From positions 12,387,282 through 12,451,182 of the forward strand of contig NC_068998.1 in the NCBI RefSeq assembly GCF_001194135.2: 63,901 nucleotides of DNA, given 5' to 3'. The notes under the pieces are model-generated. The model saw only the letters and a program-made list of their open reading frames with translations. It ran no database searches and was not told where the DNA came from. Below are positions 49,264 to 61,339 of this stretch, in pieces. How positions within the stretch are numbered: the stretch's first letter is position 1; every line of letters starts with the position of its first letter. Source of the stretch: Octopus bimaculoides. Lineage: Eukaryota. A program made the position numbers and the translations under genes.

Positions 49264-50030
49264 CGCCTGTAAATTGAGAAAGGAAGATAGTGAGAGGTGG
49301 AGGATACTTGCCCTAGTGATCAGAGCAAATGGTTCTGTGAGGTTTGTACGAGCGACCCTCGGAAGCTTACTCTCTTTGGGGTATTATTTCTTGTGTTTTG
49401 TTCCTTTGTTTTTGTGATTTAGCTGTTTACACATTGTATTTTATTTTATAAAGGCCACCACGCTGGGTTCATGTTTGAAGTCTTGTCAAAATCTGTATAC
49501 ACACTCAGGTACGTATTTATACCCAAGTTGGACAGAACCAGTAAATTAGATATAGTGACTGTATATGCGCTGAGCACGGGATACGAGCCTTTAACAATTC
49601 AGTTGTTTGTGATGTAGCAATTTTCATTTACTTTTCATAATTTTTAGAAATATTTTCTCAACTCGAATTGGACTTTTTCATAAGCAAACAAAAGCGATGT
49701 TGGCGAAAATACCAGTATCTTTAACATGAACAACATAAAACACAATCAAAGTTTCGAAGAGAGTGACGCATTACAAAGAATTAAATCTACACGTAAAGTC
49801 AAACGTGTATTTCAGAAATGTTTTCTTTACAAAATAATTGTAAAAGAAATATCACACCCAAGATATAATCATATTTATTTCTGTGATGCAACATTAGAGG
49901 GCGTGTTTTCTTAAAACGACGCGTTTATTTTAATTGTTGCTGCACTTCGTTTATTAATTGTTGTCAAGAAAGAATTTTAAAAATAATAATTATTATCATT
50001 TATAATTTTAGCAGAAGACCAGAAATTATG

Positions 50031-50215
50031 AAGGGAGGGGCAGTCCCCAGTAATTGACTTGCATTTTATTTTATCGATCCTGTACTTAACTAACAATTTA
50101 TTTTATTGACCCCCGAAACAATGAAAGGCAATGTTGGCCTCGGAAGGATTTGAAATTTTAATTCTGTTATGAGCTGTAATTAAATGACGTGAAGAATTCT
50201 GTGGACTCCCTACCA
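50031..50215 (-). mobile_element. SINE family A, degraded
   Basis: ttttattgacccccgaaacaatgaaaggcaatgttggcctcggaaggatttgaa. Confidence 0.7.
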
Positions 50216-51447
50216 ATATAGAAATTATAAGATCTTTAGAAAAGAGAATCTGCTATGATATTGCAATAGTGACAAAGGAGATGAATAAAGAAGTCGTTGA
50301 TAATGAATATAGATTGTATTTTTTAGAAAGCTTTACGGACGTTAGAGCAAGAATATAATTGGATCAGAAATTTGGTGAAAATAAAAAAAGAGTCTTACAA
50401 GAAAATATTGCACAATATTAAGGGTAACTGAGAAGTGAAGATTATCTTTGACATTAATGATATCCCGAAGGAAAAAAAAAAGAGATATAAATAAATAGAA
50501 TCGCTGATAACAATAATTTGATATATTGTTGAAGTGAACTTGTCACAGTTGAATACTACAAGTTGAATATTTAGAAAAAGAAATGATGGGAAAACAAAAT
50601 GAATGTGAGTGAGGGGGAGGTTGGAAGAGTAGGTGTACGACTTTGAGAGACATTTGTTTCAGTTTTCTTGAGTTGAAAAGGAAGTATACTAAAAGCAAGA
50701 TATATTAAGAGTTACAATGGAAATATAATTTACGGCAACCAGTTTGAGATCTGACACAAAGAAATAAAACGAAGAATCAAAACGAAAACAGAAAATATAT
50801 AGATATCTACAATAAGTTAAGCAATAACGAGGGAGCCGAGCCAATTAGAATATTTTCAGATGAATGTTAGACCCGCTTGAAATAGCTACCTGAAATCACA
50901 TTCGATTGTGTATGTAGAAAAAGGGTGCACTGTATAATGCTTTTAGATATATCGCATAATGTTTGCATTAAAACTAAACACTTCATCAATAATAAAAGGA
51001 AAATTCTGTCATCACCAACAACAGATGGTCGAAGAAGCACGAAAAAATTAAACTTTAAATACATATCATGGATGACTATTTAGAACATCATTCTTACACC
51101 GAAGAATAACCCCCGCTGTTTCACAGTTAGCACCACCAGGGAAGCAAACGTGCATCCTTTCGAAATGTCATCATACTGTCCTGTGTTACGAAACCAAAGA
51201 CAAAGATATTTTTAGGAAATAAAGAAAAAAAACCTTAAGAGGAATGTATAGTTTAGAAGACATATCAAGGTTGTCCCCTCTCGTCCCTTCTTGTATGTTC
51301 TGACTGTTGAGCCACTACTGTGGAAACAGGTGACGTCGAAGGGCAACCCGCGCAAACTAGGATGCGGAAGGTCTGTGTTAATAAACGCGGACGAGGTCAC
51401 CGTCGTAGTATTAGACATCAAACTGACAGCAGCCGTGTCACTGTTCT

Positions 51448-51575
51448 AAGGGCAGTGGATTGGCAGAATTATTGGAGTGTCGGACAAAATGCGTTGCGAT
51501 ATTTCTTCCGGATGTTTATACCTCACCGAGGTCAACATGATTTTCATCCACCTGGACTCAATCAGATAAAGTAAT
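51448..51575 (+). mobile_element. SINE family A, degraded with deletion
   Basis: aagggcagtggattggcagaattattggagtgtcggacaaaatgcgttgcgatatttc...caccgaggtcaacatgattttcatcc. Confidence 0.7.
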
Positions 51576-52028
51576 AATCACGTAGTAGGATCGATATATG
51601 GTAGACCTACCTCCTCTCCTCATCACTACTGGCAATTATTATTCTGGTCATTACAGTTGGTATTGATTTTACAATTACTTCTATCCTTTATTCTTACTGT
51701 TAATCTTATTATTTTCGCTATTAATGTCCTACTGCCCTTGTTACTTTCAGCTTAAGCAACGATTATTTGTTTTTATTTTTCTTCTGCATTTTCTTAATAA
51801 TTACACGTATGAAGAGATCAAGTGAAACAACAACAACAACAAACAATCAACCGAGAAATTGCTTTTTTCCTCCCTTCTCCAACATTGTATGATGTCTACT
51901 TTAGAAATTAGTGGTGCATAATGTTGCTTTCTAATTCTTTTGGCACAAAGCCAGCAATTTGGGGGTGCGATGTTGGGGGGACAAACACAGACACACAAAT
52001 ATATATTAATCCAAGTGTAGTATGGTTA

Positions 52029-53292
52029 CACGAGGTGGGGTTGAAAGGTTCATAGGCCGACTGTGAAGGAGTGACGCTTAGATGTGTGATATTCTGCATG
52101 CGTTTATTTCAACCTCTCTTATTTCATCAGAACAAAGCTCCAGCTCATAGGCCCTTGCTTTCAATTGCATTGTTCCTATCCAGGTAAACTATCTAACTGT
52201 TTAAAAAGGTTTCAGAGTATTTTGCTAGCAACTTCTCTTGAAAATGGACAAAATTTGGTATCGTCGTGTCATCAAGTACTGTAGAAAAAGGACATTCATG
52301 ATGACATGGTTGTACATTAGGGGACGACACTCCAGCTTTATCAACACTGCAAAAGAGGGCAGCTGGATTTAGGGATGGAGAGAAGAGTCTTGAAGATGAC
52401 TCGAAGTTTGGACATCCTGTAACTGCCACCATTGAGGAAAACATTGATCGCGTTCACCACATGGTGATGGATGACAGGCGATTGACTATAAATCAAATAG
52501 CCAATGCTATTAGCATATCTCGTGAGAGATTTGGGAATATTTTGCAAAATGGATTGGAATGACGAAAGTTTCTGTTCAGTGGGTGCCACGTTTTGTGGCA
52601 ACTGGTAAAAAGTGCACTAAACTGATCACACCACGGGAAAATCTAAGATTGTTTGGGGCAGATTCAGCTGGCTTCCTTAAACGTTTCCTAAGCCAGGATG
52701 TGTGTTGGGCTCATCAATCGAACCAGAGACGAAAAGACAATCGATGCAGGAGAAACTCTCCTCCTTACCTGCTCCAAACAAGGCCAAATTTGTTTCATCT
52801 CTGGAGAAACGGATGTCCTCCAGTCTTTTTAAATGCGAAAGGCATTGTGTTTCTTGTCTATCTTCAAAAGGGCCAGGCCATCAATGGAGTGTACTATGCC
52901 AACTTACTGAGATAGTTACGAAAGTCTATCAAGATAAAACGGCCAGGAAAACTGACGAAAGGTTTCTTATTTCATCAGGACAAAGCTCCAGCACCCAAAC
53001 CCTTGGCTTCAATGGCTGTTGTGCATGGCTGTGGCTTTGAACTGGTTGAGCACCTTCCCAATCCTCCTGATTTGGCCCCATCTAACTACCATCTGTTCCG
53101 CAACACGAAAAAACACTTGGCTGGGGACCAGTGTTGCAGTAGTGATGACATCATGTCTTCTTGGAACAGTCCGATGTCAGTTTACCAGGAAATAAACAAT
53201 GCAGTTTTTAATAAGAAGGATTGAAATTAATGTACGCAAGATCTCACAACTCTAGCATCACTCCTTCATGGTAAGCTTATGAACTTTTCAGA
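52029..53292 (+). mobile_element. Near full-length mariner (DD34D-type) with decayed transposase from ATG 52244 to about 53160 and long inverted ends
   Basis: MDKIWYRRVIK, DIHDDMV, SLEDDSKFGHPVTATIEENIDRVHHMVMDDRRLTINQIANAISIS, WVPRF, YLQKGQAINGVYYANLL, FHQDKAP, PDLAPSNYHLF. TA at 52027-28; about 52042-52200 is inversely homologous to about 53165-53290. Confidence 0.96.
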
Positions 53293-53296
53293 CTAA

Positions 53297-53420
53297 TAAT
53301 AATTTCTGGCACAAAACCACATAATTTGTTTGGGAACAGTCAATAATATCGCCCACAATCCTGAACTCTTTAACTAGTACTTTACTTAATGGTTGAATCC
53401 GGAAACACGAAATGAGTCTA
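53297..53420 (-). mobile_element. SINE family A 3' part, degraded
   Basis: aataataatttctggcacaaaaccacataatttgtttggg follows the family A antisense tail. Confidence 0.45.
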
Positions 53421-53924
53421 GACCACAAAGACAAAAACAAATCCACTGTACCTAAATGTGTTCTAATAAAGAAAGTATTTGAAAGCCGCATAATTGCTAT
53501 ATCATTTAGTTATGTGAATGATGTTTGATCTATAACTATTGTGTGTTGTTTGCGGGAATTGTGTCTCCTTTGCTTATCGTATACGAAAAGAAGACATATT
53601 GTATATGCAATACAATATTGTGTATTATTTGGGTGATGAAGTGTTATTTAGATGTTGGATAATGTGTTTGTAGTCGGGGATGTACTGTCTGGGGGTTCTA
53701 TAAGTTGTTTATTGTTTGGGAGGATAACGTGTTGTTTACATACTGAGTAGTCTGTGGTGGTTGTGTGTATGTGTTGTTTACAAATTGAGTTTGCGTGAAG
53801 GATGTATCTTTCGTTCGAATATTGTGTATCATGCGTCGAATGCGAGAAGATTGTGCGTTTACGTTCTTGCTCATATCTTGAGACCCTCTTATGCAACACA
53901 TCCAGTTAATTTTCTTCAGTGTGC

Positions 53925-54065
53925 ATCATCATCATCATCACCATCATCATCATTAGCAGCAGCATCTGTAGTAGCAGAATCAGCATCAGCAGTAGTAGTA
54001 GTGTTAGTTGTAGTAGTAGTAGTGGTGGTGGTGGTGGTGGTAGTAGTAGCAGTAGTTCTAGTAAC

Positions 54066-54136
<71 letters not shown>

Positions 54137-54137
54137 C
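53925..54137. repeat. Compound (CAT)/(AGC)/(AGT)/(GGT) trinucleotide tract
   Basis: Direct inspection; source of the poly-Ser/Val/Thr ORFs. Confidence 0.97.
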
Positions 54138-54668
54138 AATGAAGAATCGCTGAGAGTATTGGTTGTCAAATCGCTTGTCCAATGCAGTGTTGAGGCCGCC
54201 AGCTGCAGAGTGACACAAGCGAATGGCCAAAATTCCATTGTGGTAGACACATTACAATGGTCAAGCTGAACAAAGACGACGTCGTCAGGGTGTCCAGAGT
54301 AAATATCAGTGATTAGTGGACAGTTTTAGCTATGAGGTTACGTGTGTTTGGATGGAGGTGGGTGTGTATTAATACATGGACGTGTTCACTAATATGTGTT
54401 GGTGCATGCATACAAANNNNNNNNNNNNNNNNNNNNNNNNNNNNNNNNNNNNNNNNNNNNNNNNNNNNNNNNNNNNNNNNNNNNNNNNNNNNNNNNNNNN
54501 NNNNNNNNNNNNNNNNNNNNNNNNNNNNNNNNNNNNNNNNNNNNNNNNNNNNNNNNNNNNNNNNNNNNNNNNNNNNNNNNNNNNNNNNNNNNNNNNNNNN
54601 NNNNNNNNNNNNNNNNNNNNNNNNNNNNNNNNNNNNNNNNNNNNNNNNNNNNNNNNNNNNNNNNNNNN

Positions 54669-54737
<69 letters not shown>

Positions 54738-54793
54738 CGCAAACGTGGCTGTGTGGTAAGAAGCTTGCTTCCCAACCATATAATTCTGGATAT
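54738..54793 (+). mobile_element. SINE family B head only
   Basis: cgcaaacgtggctgtgtggtaagaagcttgcttcccaaccat. Confidence 0.9.
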
Positions 54794-55187
54794 AGAAGCT
54801 TGAGCTTTCAGAGTAGTTTTCTATAGTAATCCTCTTTCTCTTTGATTTTAAAAGAGATATTCACATCAGCAGGATAGCTGATCTCTATGACGGTATATAC
54901 TTTTCCTTGTCTGTCACAAGCAACAACATCTGGCCTGTTATGCTATCACTTGACATGTTTTGACGAAAATGAGTCATGGGTCATCAGTGTTCCTCGTGTT
55001 GATGTTTGTGTATGTATACAATAACAAAGAGATATATTTATTTCAGGACAGTCTTTATTCTGAATGGCATTGTATATTGTTTTTTGCGATAACGTCGTGT
55101 CGCTTAGCGGGGTAGTAACTTGACGTTCTGGGGTAGCTGCTAATCACGTAAGTGATATCTACCATAGAAATATGTATATATGTATGT

Positions 55188-55623
55188 ATGTCATTATTCA
55201 GCTTTATATCAAGATTTCTTACCAATAGAGAAAGAGCCGGTTTCTAACCCAGATCCGAGGTTCCTTCATTGGAATTTCAACATCAACAACAGGGTATTTT
55301 TGTATGAATGTATGTATATGTGCAGATGTGTATATTTTGTTTTCTATATGTATTCTGATGCAAATACTTGCATATCTAGACATGCTCATATATACTTAAA
55401 TGATAACCTTCTGGAATGTTTTACAGATTTTTACATTTCCAATGATGGATTGAATCTGTAGTCTTTGAATCAGCTTTCTTCTTTCTGGTTTTGAGAAACC
55501 TAATTTCTCAAGATTGGTATTTAGGCAATGTGTTACATATCCCACTGCCCCAATAATTGCAGGTATAAACCTGAACTTGTAATCTGGACAGAGTAACTGC
55601 AGATTTCTCAATAGTTTAGCGTA
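55188..55623 (-). mobile_element. RLE-type (R4/R2-superfamily) LINE 3' end: last ~75 codons plus 3' UTR
   Basis: Open YAKLLRNLQLLCPDYKFRFIPAIIGAVGYVTHCLNTNLEKLGFSKPERRKLIQRLQIQSIIGNVKICKTFQKVII* (55623-55396; IIGALG-type motif). The 5' break is at (TATG)n. Confidence 0.85.
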
Positions 55624-55993
55624 TGTATGTATGTATGTATGTATGTATGTATGTATGTGTGTATGCGTTTTTGTATGTATATGTAGGTGTGTGTGTGTAT
55701 ATGTGAATGTATTTCTTGTGTTCATTCGGTTGTTCTCTGTACACCGATGTGTTTTCAATTTAGTTTGTCATACATGTCACGAGCAATCGCATACACGACG
55801 CATTACTACCATAAAACCTTTCTCAACCAGCATAACACTAACGACAACAGTAGCAACAACAACAATAACAATAGCTTTGATAGTAACAGCAATAATGTTA
55901 TGACCATCAACGCAAACATTGCTAAAGATGTCATCACTAATACTAACACCAGTCTACTAGCACCACAAACACAGTCTTAGCCTGCGCCCTTTA

Positions 55994-56085
55994 CCTGCTA
56001 GAAATAGCAAACAAATCTCTCTAAAATCACACCCAATTGTCTTACAAAAGGATAACATAGATAAAAAAATATGCACTAGTCCTAC
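55994..56085 (+). mobile_element. Unclassified interspersed repeat (family D)
   Basis: cctgctagaaatagcaaacaaatctctctaaaatcacaccc is similar to 1889-1971. Confidence 0.6.
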
Positions 56086-56700
56086 ATATCCTTAAAAACA
56101 TGGTGATGAAGACTAGAATATATTTTATTATAGCTCTGCGAGATCAAATTGGATTTGGAGCTAAATAATGATACCAAAAACATCATAAATAATATGGATA
56201 CTGTAAGCACTGGACAACCACCAACGCCGCCAACAGTATTGGGTGACCACCATCATAAACATCACCATCACCAACACCCTCAATGTATGTATCTTCACCA
56301 TTATTGTTTACACTCTTGTATTACTAATGCCATCACTACGTAATGTGTCTTTCATTGGCTCGTTGGTTTAGTGATATTGTTGGTAACACAAAGCCAACCA
56401 ACCAACCAATGACGGCTAATCTGTGGGGACAGACAATTTGGGGACAGCCGCCCCACGACTATCTTGAAAATCAGAACACATTGGATAGTAGAGTCTGAGG
56501 CACACAATTCCAGAATCTGGGGGTATTCATGAACAATAACAACACTGAACGAGAAGAGGGGGTGAATGGGAAAGAGGGGATGAGGAGACAGTTTAGAAGA
56601 TAAAATATGATAGAAAACGTCAGATAACTGATGACAGATGAAGAGAGAAGCCATAAGGCAGATGATAAAGACAGAAGATATATGACACACGCACGCAGAG

Positions 56701-56745
<45 letters not shown>

Positions 56746-57539
56746 TACACAAACACACACACACAGAAGGATGCACACATAAATGCACATACATACACAC
56801 ACAGAAGCACACAGGCACACACGCTCATATATACCCATATATACACACACGGGGACACGCACATACACACGGACACACAGAGAGAGGCACACGCGCGCGT
56901 GCGAAAACAGCAGAGAACAGGTGACAAAAGACAAAAGATAGACAAGGAAATGACAGAAGTGATTAAAAAAAAACAGAAGACAAGAGACAGACGAAGGGAG
57001 ATGACAAAAGACAAAGCACAAACAAAGAGAAAGGATAGAAGACAGAAGTCAGACAAAAATACAGAATATGGTAGAAGACAAAAGGCAAATTAAAACAGAT
57101 AACTGTAGACAGATTACAGACGGAAAAAGAAGACAGAAAAGGTAAGACAGAAGGCGGACGACATAAGTCAGACGACAGAAGACAGATGGCAGAAGACAGT
57201 TGGCAAAAGAGAGAAGATAGAAAACAGAAGACTGATTAAAAAGAAAAGAAGACAAATAACAGAAGAAGAGAGAAGAGAAAAGAAAAAAAAAACTGACTGA
57301 AATTAGAAGGCAAAAGTGAAAACAAGATGAAACAGAGAAGTTCTCTATTTATAGAATGATGATTCGTTGAGCGGAAGGATTATGGGTTTTTTTTTCCTGG
57401 GGGTTATTGTCTTTCAGACACCGTTGAAGTAACTCGTTTTCATCCATCAACAAATTCTCTACGAAGATAATATTAAACTATGCAGAAAGACCAATGACAT
57501 GATAATTTTTACGAGTGTAGATGTCTTTAACAGTATTTG

Positions 57540-57555
57540 CATGATGATGATGATG

Positions 57556-57603
<48 letters not shown>

Positions 57604-57800
57604 GTGAGGAGGAGGAGGAGGAGGAAGAGGAGGAGGAGGAGTAATAGGAGGGTGGAGACAACTAAAATGACAGCGACGGTGACGACAACGACGCCGACGA
57701 CAGAGACGACGAGAGCAACAACCACGATGATGCTGATGACGATTACGACGACGATGACCATGATGCGACTGTGACGGTGGTGGCGACGACGAGGAGGTGG
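57540..57800. repeat. (GAT)n/(GGA)n/(GAC)-like trinucleotide tract
   Basis: Direct inspection. Confidence 0.95.
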
Positions 57801-58125
57801 AGTAATAAGTGGAAAAGAAAGACAATGGAAAGGAAGCTGTTAGTGCACAATACACTCTCATTTCGTATCCCATCCGGTCGACAGCGCAGTCGATAGACGA
57901 AAACTAGATGTAAAAAGTTGTAATCTGAGGGAGATTTTGCTGCTCTTTTGTGTAAGGTGTGCGAGTCAGTAGCAGCTGTAGCCAGTAATATACTTTGAAC
58001 ATGTTCATCGACAATAGCTTCTGCATAAACCCCAAAAGGCTGTGTACGTGGAGGAATGTTATATATATATATACACACACATATATATATATACATACAC
58101 ACACGTGCGCGCGCACACGCACGTG

Positions 58126-58174
<49 letters not shown>

Positions 58175-58199
58175 TTTCTATTTTCTTTCCCTGTTTATT

Positions 58200-58334
58200 T
58201 TTGTGTTCCTTTTCTGTCGAAGAGCGTAGGCTCGAAACGTAAAAGACTTTCTCATTTCCCGAGCGTTAAACTAATACATCTGTTTGTTGTTTACACATCC
58301 GTCTTCGTCTGTCGTTTTTTTGTAAATTCTCACT

Positions 58335-58336
<2 letters not shown>
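58200..58336 (+). mobile_element. Penelope-type tail with minimal HHR-like motif (58211-58247)
   Basis: ttt CTGTCGA a gagc-gtag-gctc GAAAC GT A aaag; ACGT palindromic stem III; core has A>T at position 6. Confidence 0.7.
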
Positions 58337-58377
<41 letters not shown>

Positions 58378-59181
58378 CTCTCTCTCTCTCACACACACAT
58401 GCACACTCACACGCACACACACACATACACACACATGTATAGTGAGAGAAACAGAGAGAGGGGTATGCATACGTGTATTTCTTATTCTGCGTATCAGCTT
58501 GCATATCGTTTTTGGCGAGCTTTAAAATATTCTTCGCTGTTGTAGACTCTTTTGTCCACCTCTTTTTCTCAATCACTACCTTCTTACAATTTCAGCTCAT
58601 TATTGGAATTCACCGTTCCTCTGTTTCTCTTTCGATTCGTAATCCACTTCTACTTTCTGAATCTACTCCCTCCCTCTCTCGCTCTTTTTCTCTTTCTCTC
58701 TCTCCCTTCTATTTCTCTCTCTCTTATTTAATCTCTGTTCCATATTAATCTCTCGACTTATTAATTAAAAAAACAGACAAAATAACGAACATCAATGATT
58801 CTTTCACAAAACAATGGCGTAAGCAAAACTGAAATACATTTCGGTCATTGATCAAATCAAAAGATACGATTCGCCGTCTTTGCATGTCATAACATGACAA
58901 GCTGAACAAATCCTTGCTAATCGCGTTAATCTTAATTCTTTTGGTTCCTCTTTTGTAGGAGTTATTTATTTGTTGAGATTCGAAGGATTTTTTTTCGGTG
59001 GAAGATATATGTATTACTTTATATAATGGCTATTCGTTCAGAGTTTGTAGATAGAGTGAATTGGGGACTTACCCTTTTCATTCTCAATTCTACACAAAGC
59101 CTGTTTTGCTTGATATAATACTAACAACTCATGCTATTGCAATCGTAGTTTCGCAGCGATTAAGTATACCCTATACAGCAT

Positions 59182-59218
<37 letters not shown>

Positions 59219-60029
59219 NNNNNNNNNNNNNNNNNNNNNNNNNNNNNNNNNNNNNNNNNNNNNNNNNNNNNNNNNNNNNNNNNNNNNNNNNNNNNNNNNN
59301 NNNNNNNNNNNNNNNNNNNNNNNNNNNNNNNNNNNNNNNNNNNNNNNNNNNNNNNNNNNNNNNNNNNNNNNNNNNNNNNNNNNNNNNNNNNNNNNNNNNN
59401 NNNNNNNNNNNNNNNNNNNNNNNNNNNNNNNNNNNNNNNNNNNNNNNNNNNNNNNNNNNNNNNNNNNNNNNNNNNNNNNNNNNNNNNNNNNNNNNNNNNN
59501 NNNNNNNNNNNNNNNNNNNNNNNNNNNNNNNNNNNNNNNNNNNNNNNNNNNNNNNNNNNNNNNNNNNNNNNNNNNNNNNNNNNNNNNNNNNNNNNNNNNN
59601 NNNNNNNNNNNNNNNNNNNNNNNNNNNNNNNNNNNNNNNNNNNNNNNNNNNNNNNNNNNNNNNNNNNNNNNNNNNNNNNNNNNNNNNNNNNNNNNNNNNN
59701 NNNNNNNNNNNNNNNNNNNNNNNNNNNNNNNNNNNNNNNNNNNNNNNNNNNNNNNNNNNNNNNNNNNNNNNNNNNNNNNNNNNNNNNNNNNNNNNNNNNN
59801 NNNNNNNNNNNNNNNNNNNNNNNNNNNNNNNNNNNNNNNNNNNNNNNNNNNNNNNNNNNNNNNNNNNNNNNNNNNNNNNNNNNNNNNNNNNNNNNNNNNN
59901 NNNNNNNNNNNNNNNNNNNNNNNNNNNNCTCCATATTTTTGTAGAGTACAAATTTATCATTCTTTTACAGAGATAGTATTAACTGTGAGTTCGAAGTTTC
60001 TGCCAGTGGAGCCATCATCGGACTGTCTT

Positions 60030-60070
<41 letters not shown>

Positions 60071-60481
60071 ATGGCCTGAGTATCACATTGAACTGCAACC
60101 GACGGTGAGGTTGCAGTTCTGGAGTTCTGGAGTTGTGGGGAGCGTAGAGTCATTCCTTAATTACCATTACCCACAAGTCTGTTCTGTCTGAGAAGGTTAG
60201 TACATGTCAGTGTCCCAGTGTACCAAGCACCCGTAACCTCATACCCATACTTACGGCATAGTAACCAGTGGAGGTTTTGGGCTGCCTTGTTATGTCTACG
60301 CTTGTACTCTGTCTACGCATGACTTTCACAAGCCAACAATCTGAGTCACACTTTCAACCCTCTTCCCACACATTCTATAGAGGTGCGTTGCACTTGTGTG
60401 GTGTATATTCTTTTTCACTGAGTTAGTATTCAATGCCTGAACCTGGGCAGCGATGATTAGGCTTTCAGTATTCTTTTTTAT

Positions 60482-60772
60482 GTCACTCTTGTCGAGCCAC
60501 ATCTATGATGCTCCCTGGTCTTTTAATTTGTTGGTTTCACGGTGGAACTGACCATGTAATTCCATACGTAGTAGGGTTTCTTCCCTCTCATTGGCTATTC
60601 TGGATCGAAATTAATGAGCACACTCAAGTCCATTTTTGTTAAATCCTTCTGCACTAGCAGCATACTGTAACAGTTCTCGTTTGCTGTCTACCAAATATTC
60701 TGCCATATTTCTTCTTTCAATGTTGATGGACTCCCGTGCGCTAATCAGCCCACGTTCCACCTTTACCTCTCT
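60482..60772 (-). mobile_element. R4/Dong-like LINE internal fragment
   Basis: KVERGLISARESINIERRNMAEYL...LLRMELHGQFHRETN...MWLDKSD matches GGRGL...LHGQF...W.WL; its 5' break abuts (ATT)n at 60773-60863. Confidence 0.88.
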
Positions 60773-60804
<32 letters not shown>

Positions 60805-60863
60805 GTTATTATTATTATTATTATTATTGTTGTTGTTGTTGATGTTGTTATTATTATTATTAA
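60773..60863. repeat. (ATT)n/(GTT)n microsatellite
   Basis: Direct inspection. Confidence 0.97.
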
Positions 60864-61339
60864 ATAAAAGGATTCGTGACAGTTTGTCAAACGGATGATT
60901 ATTTCCAATGGTTCTCTGAATTAAGTTCGGAAATTCAATTAAATATTTAAAATCCTGCTGCACTTTCCAGACAGTTCTTCCTTTTCAATTTATCTGTTTA
61001 CTTTTCTCCCCGTTCTCTGTTCAATCTATTACTGCTTTCGTTATCGTCGTCGAAAAATTTAGCCACCTTAGAATTATAACATTCTTTTCTCGAGTGAATT
61101 CATCGTACATGTGATTAAACAAAGTTTTTCTTTCTTTCTTTTTCGCAAGACATAAATTGTAGCATACCGAAGATTTGAGTGGTATATATTTATCTATAGC
61201 TTCACACATTGATATACTGACTAGTCACTCGATCTACTGTAAGTAGGAGCAAAGATTTGTTTCAAATCTCACTCTACCGTCTTAAGAAAGACTCTTAAAT
61301 GTAACCTTGATTTTCTGCATATAAAATAAGACAATTTTA

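Noticed and set aside
53650-53900. Possible Penelope GIY-YIG C-terminal relic on the minus strand
   Set aside because: Only vague similarity (LHKRVSRY...IFSH) with no diagnostic motif.
57880-58040. Possible minus-strand exon (EAIVDEHVQSILLATAATDSHTLHKRAAKSP)
   Set aside because: A plausible acceptor lies near 58021, but there is no convincing donor and I do not recognise the peptide; RNA-seq would be needed.
58936-58958. Strong plus-strand splice acceptor-like site (another at 2436-2452)
   Set aside because: No matching donor or coding frame follows, and such tracts are common in T-rich DNA.
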